Part shown: positions 31,736 to 33,598 of the stretch, one piece after another
Position numbering within the stretch: the first letter of the stretch is position 1
Layout of the letters: each line of letters begins with the position of its first letter
The notes under the pieces: generated by a model
The model's database searches: none
Told to the model about the DNA's origin: nothing
What the model saw: the letters and a program-made list of their open reading frames with translations, nothing else
Source of the DNA: Paraglomus brasilianum
Lineage: Eukaryota
DNA length: 33,598 nucleotides
Assembly: GCA_910592345.1 (NCBI GenBank)
Contig: CAJVPI010000356.1
Location: 1 to 33,598, forward strand
Reading direction: 5' to 3'
Made by a program: the position numbers and the translations under genes

Positions 31736-33598
31736 AAATGTATATGTCGTTACTTCCAGGCGTTAATTATAATCCAGCCAGCACTTGACAACTTGATTCA
31801 ATCCTCAGAAAACGCTTATAAACTTAAATGTATTCCTCCCTCAGAAATCACTGACATAAGTCAAATTGATGCTGTTCATTACGCTACTTACACGCAAACA
31901 TCGGACGATAGTGAATTCAAGGAAACGATGATAATGCTGGTACTCCTTGGAAACAGCGAAGAATATACACCAAAATTTGTGAGCGAGTTTGCTAGAATAT
32001 ACTCACTTCCAACACACAAGTACAATAATGACGTTAATCGGTTCATAAGATATTCCAAATGGCTTAATTATCGCAATAGCTTCATGATATATGGATTTAC
32101 CAAGTATGACGGTAACTATTACATGGTTGCTAACAGACAGTTTCACCGTTGTTATTCTCGATATGGATTCTGCTCCGCATGTGGAATGCTTAGATGTAGT
32201 CCTGTGTGGTGCATTTGCGGCCATAAACAATTATCTAGTGGATGGACTAGCAACAACATGAAACTCGACGAGTTTATTAAGAAATCACAGATACAAACAA
32301 ATTCAGCAAACGATGCCTATTTGGAATGGATTCCTTTGATTGTATTGATGATTGGGGATATGGCGTGCACTTATGTGATCTACCTACTTACTACTATTAC
32401 TATGCAGCCGTTAAATTGATTCCACTTGAAATAACGGTTGAGACGTCTGATTTATATTATGACAGGTAAGCCATTCAATTTTGCATCACATCTGTTGACT
32501 TATTATTATTTGGATAATGATTGACTTAATGTACCATATCATTTCCACTAGTTATGTGATGAGCATCCAGATATTCTTGCCACAGATGTTTGGATTACTA
32601 TTGGATTTACACATGATGCAAGTGAACAGAAGTATTATTTAATAAAAGACTGTGATGAGAGTCAATTATGTCTGGCATGTATACATAGATTGGCACATAG
32701 TATAAATACCTTCTGTTATTGGTGTAAAGCACCAAGACCTCTTGATTGGACAACTGGCAACAAGTCTTTGGATTCATTCATTATGGAATCATGGAATAAT
32801 ACAACCTATGAATATGATGCTTATATACAATGGGTAGAGTATTCCCTATTGACAAATCTACAAGAGATGACACTATTACACCATGGATGCACACATATAG
32901 CAGATTGGTTAGACTTGATAACAAATAAATGGGTAAAAGTAGTACTCAAACAGATAGCTAATGTTCAGTCATTTGATTTTCATCAGGTAATTTATTCATG
33001 TGTAAACAATGCAAGCAGTATTATTAAATTTGCTAATTGTTTCCTTAAATAGCTAACTAAGGAATACCCAGAGATATTAACAGGAGACAATATTTGGATA
33101 ATTGGAATCACTCAATATCAAAAGCCATCTACTCAAGCATATTATTTAGTTTTCTACCATGAAATACATGCAATATTGGACAAATTTATACAAATTCATG
33201 AAAGTGTACAATATATGCAGTATAGCAACTTTGGTGAAATTAAACAGATTGGAGTTGGTGGTTATGGAACAGTTTATACTGCCAAATATAAAACTTGTTC
33301 AGAAAAGGATATTAATATACCAGAAACTGTTGTGCTTAAAAGATTTAAGGATTTTGATCAAGTGCCAGAATTATTTATTTCTGAGGTAAGTATTCTTTGA
33401 TATTTTAACCAAAGTATTATTTAATTTATTATTCATCAGACTTTGGATTTATTTTATTAATAGCTCAGAAATCATGCCAAGTGCTCATGCAGAAATTATC
33501 CATTCCTTGAAATTTATGGAATCACACAAGACCCAGAAACAAAAGAGTACATGATTGTTATGCAATATGCTAACAATGGTAGTCTTTTGTCTTATTTG
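31736..33598 (+). pseudogene. Tyrosine-kinase-like (TKL) protein kinase with tandem degenerate N-lobe/Cys-cluster modules; apparent frameshifts; 3' end outside window
   Basis: Coding segments ~31736-32465, 32552-32986, 33053-33385, 33464->33598. Kinase motifs IGVGGYGTVY, VVLKRF, FISE|L, IYGITQDPETKEYMIVMQYANNGSL. WTSNNMKLDEFI...LEWIP and WTTGNKSLDSFI...IQWVEY motifs. A base appears missing at ~32335-37 (CCT TTT GAT expected, giving EWIPFD) and another before the 32466 donor. No in-frame ATG upstream of the first module (TGA at 31733). Confidence 0.7.

Overview
Eukaryotic, AT-rich, intron-containing fungal DNA. The gene content (tyrosine-kinase-like kinase with WT(S/T)xNxxLDxFI...EWIP motifs, secreted Kelch-TM protein, ricin-B/C2 protein) suggests Mucoromycota, probably Glomeromycotina; this is an inference. 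Six minus-strand genes were reconstructed by hand, with GT-AG introns whose phases balance in the three spliced ones. (1) A >=1151-aa modular protein: ricin-B lectin, then [C2 + two VWA5A/PARP4-C-terminal-like helical domains] twice, then a third C2 running off the window. (2) An orphan 214-aa protein. (3) A 689-aa PA-domain 7TM receptor-like protein whose ectodomain is split by a low-complexity insert ending in a Kex2/furin-type site. (4) A GPI-anchor-like, extensin-like Pro/Ser/Thr protein. (5) An intronless 524-aa protein with seven Tau/MAP2-type microtubule-binding repeats plus a Tau R'-like segment; this is the standout. (6) A six-bladed Kelch single-pass membrane protein. On the plus strand at the end is a frameshifted TKL kinase carrying three degenerate kinase N-lobe modules before the true kinase. 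Intergenic DNA holds one clean TA-flanked MITE, degenerate MITE-like relics, a ~267-bp tandem duplication and minisatellites. No rRNA, tRNA or CRISPR array was recognised.
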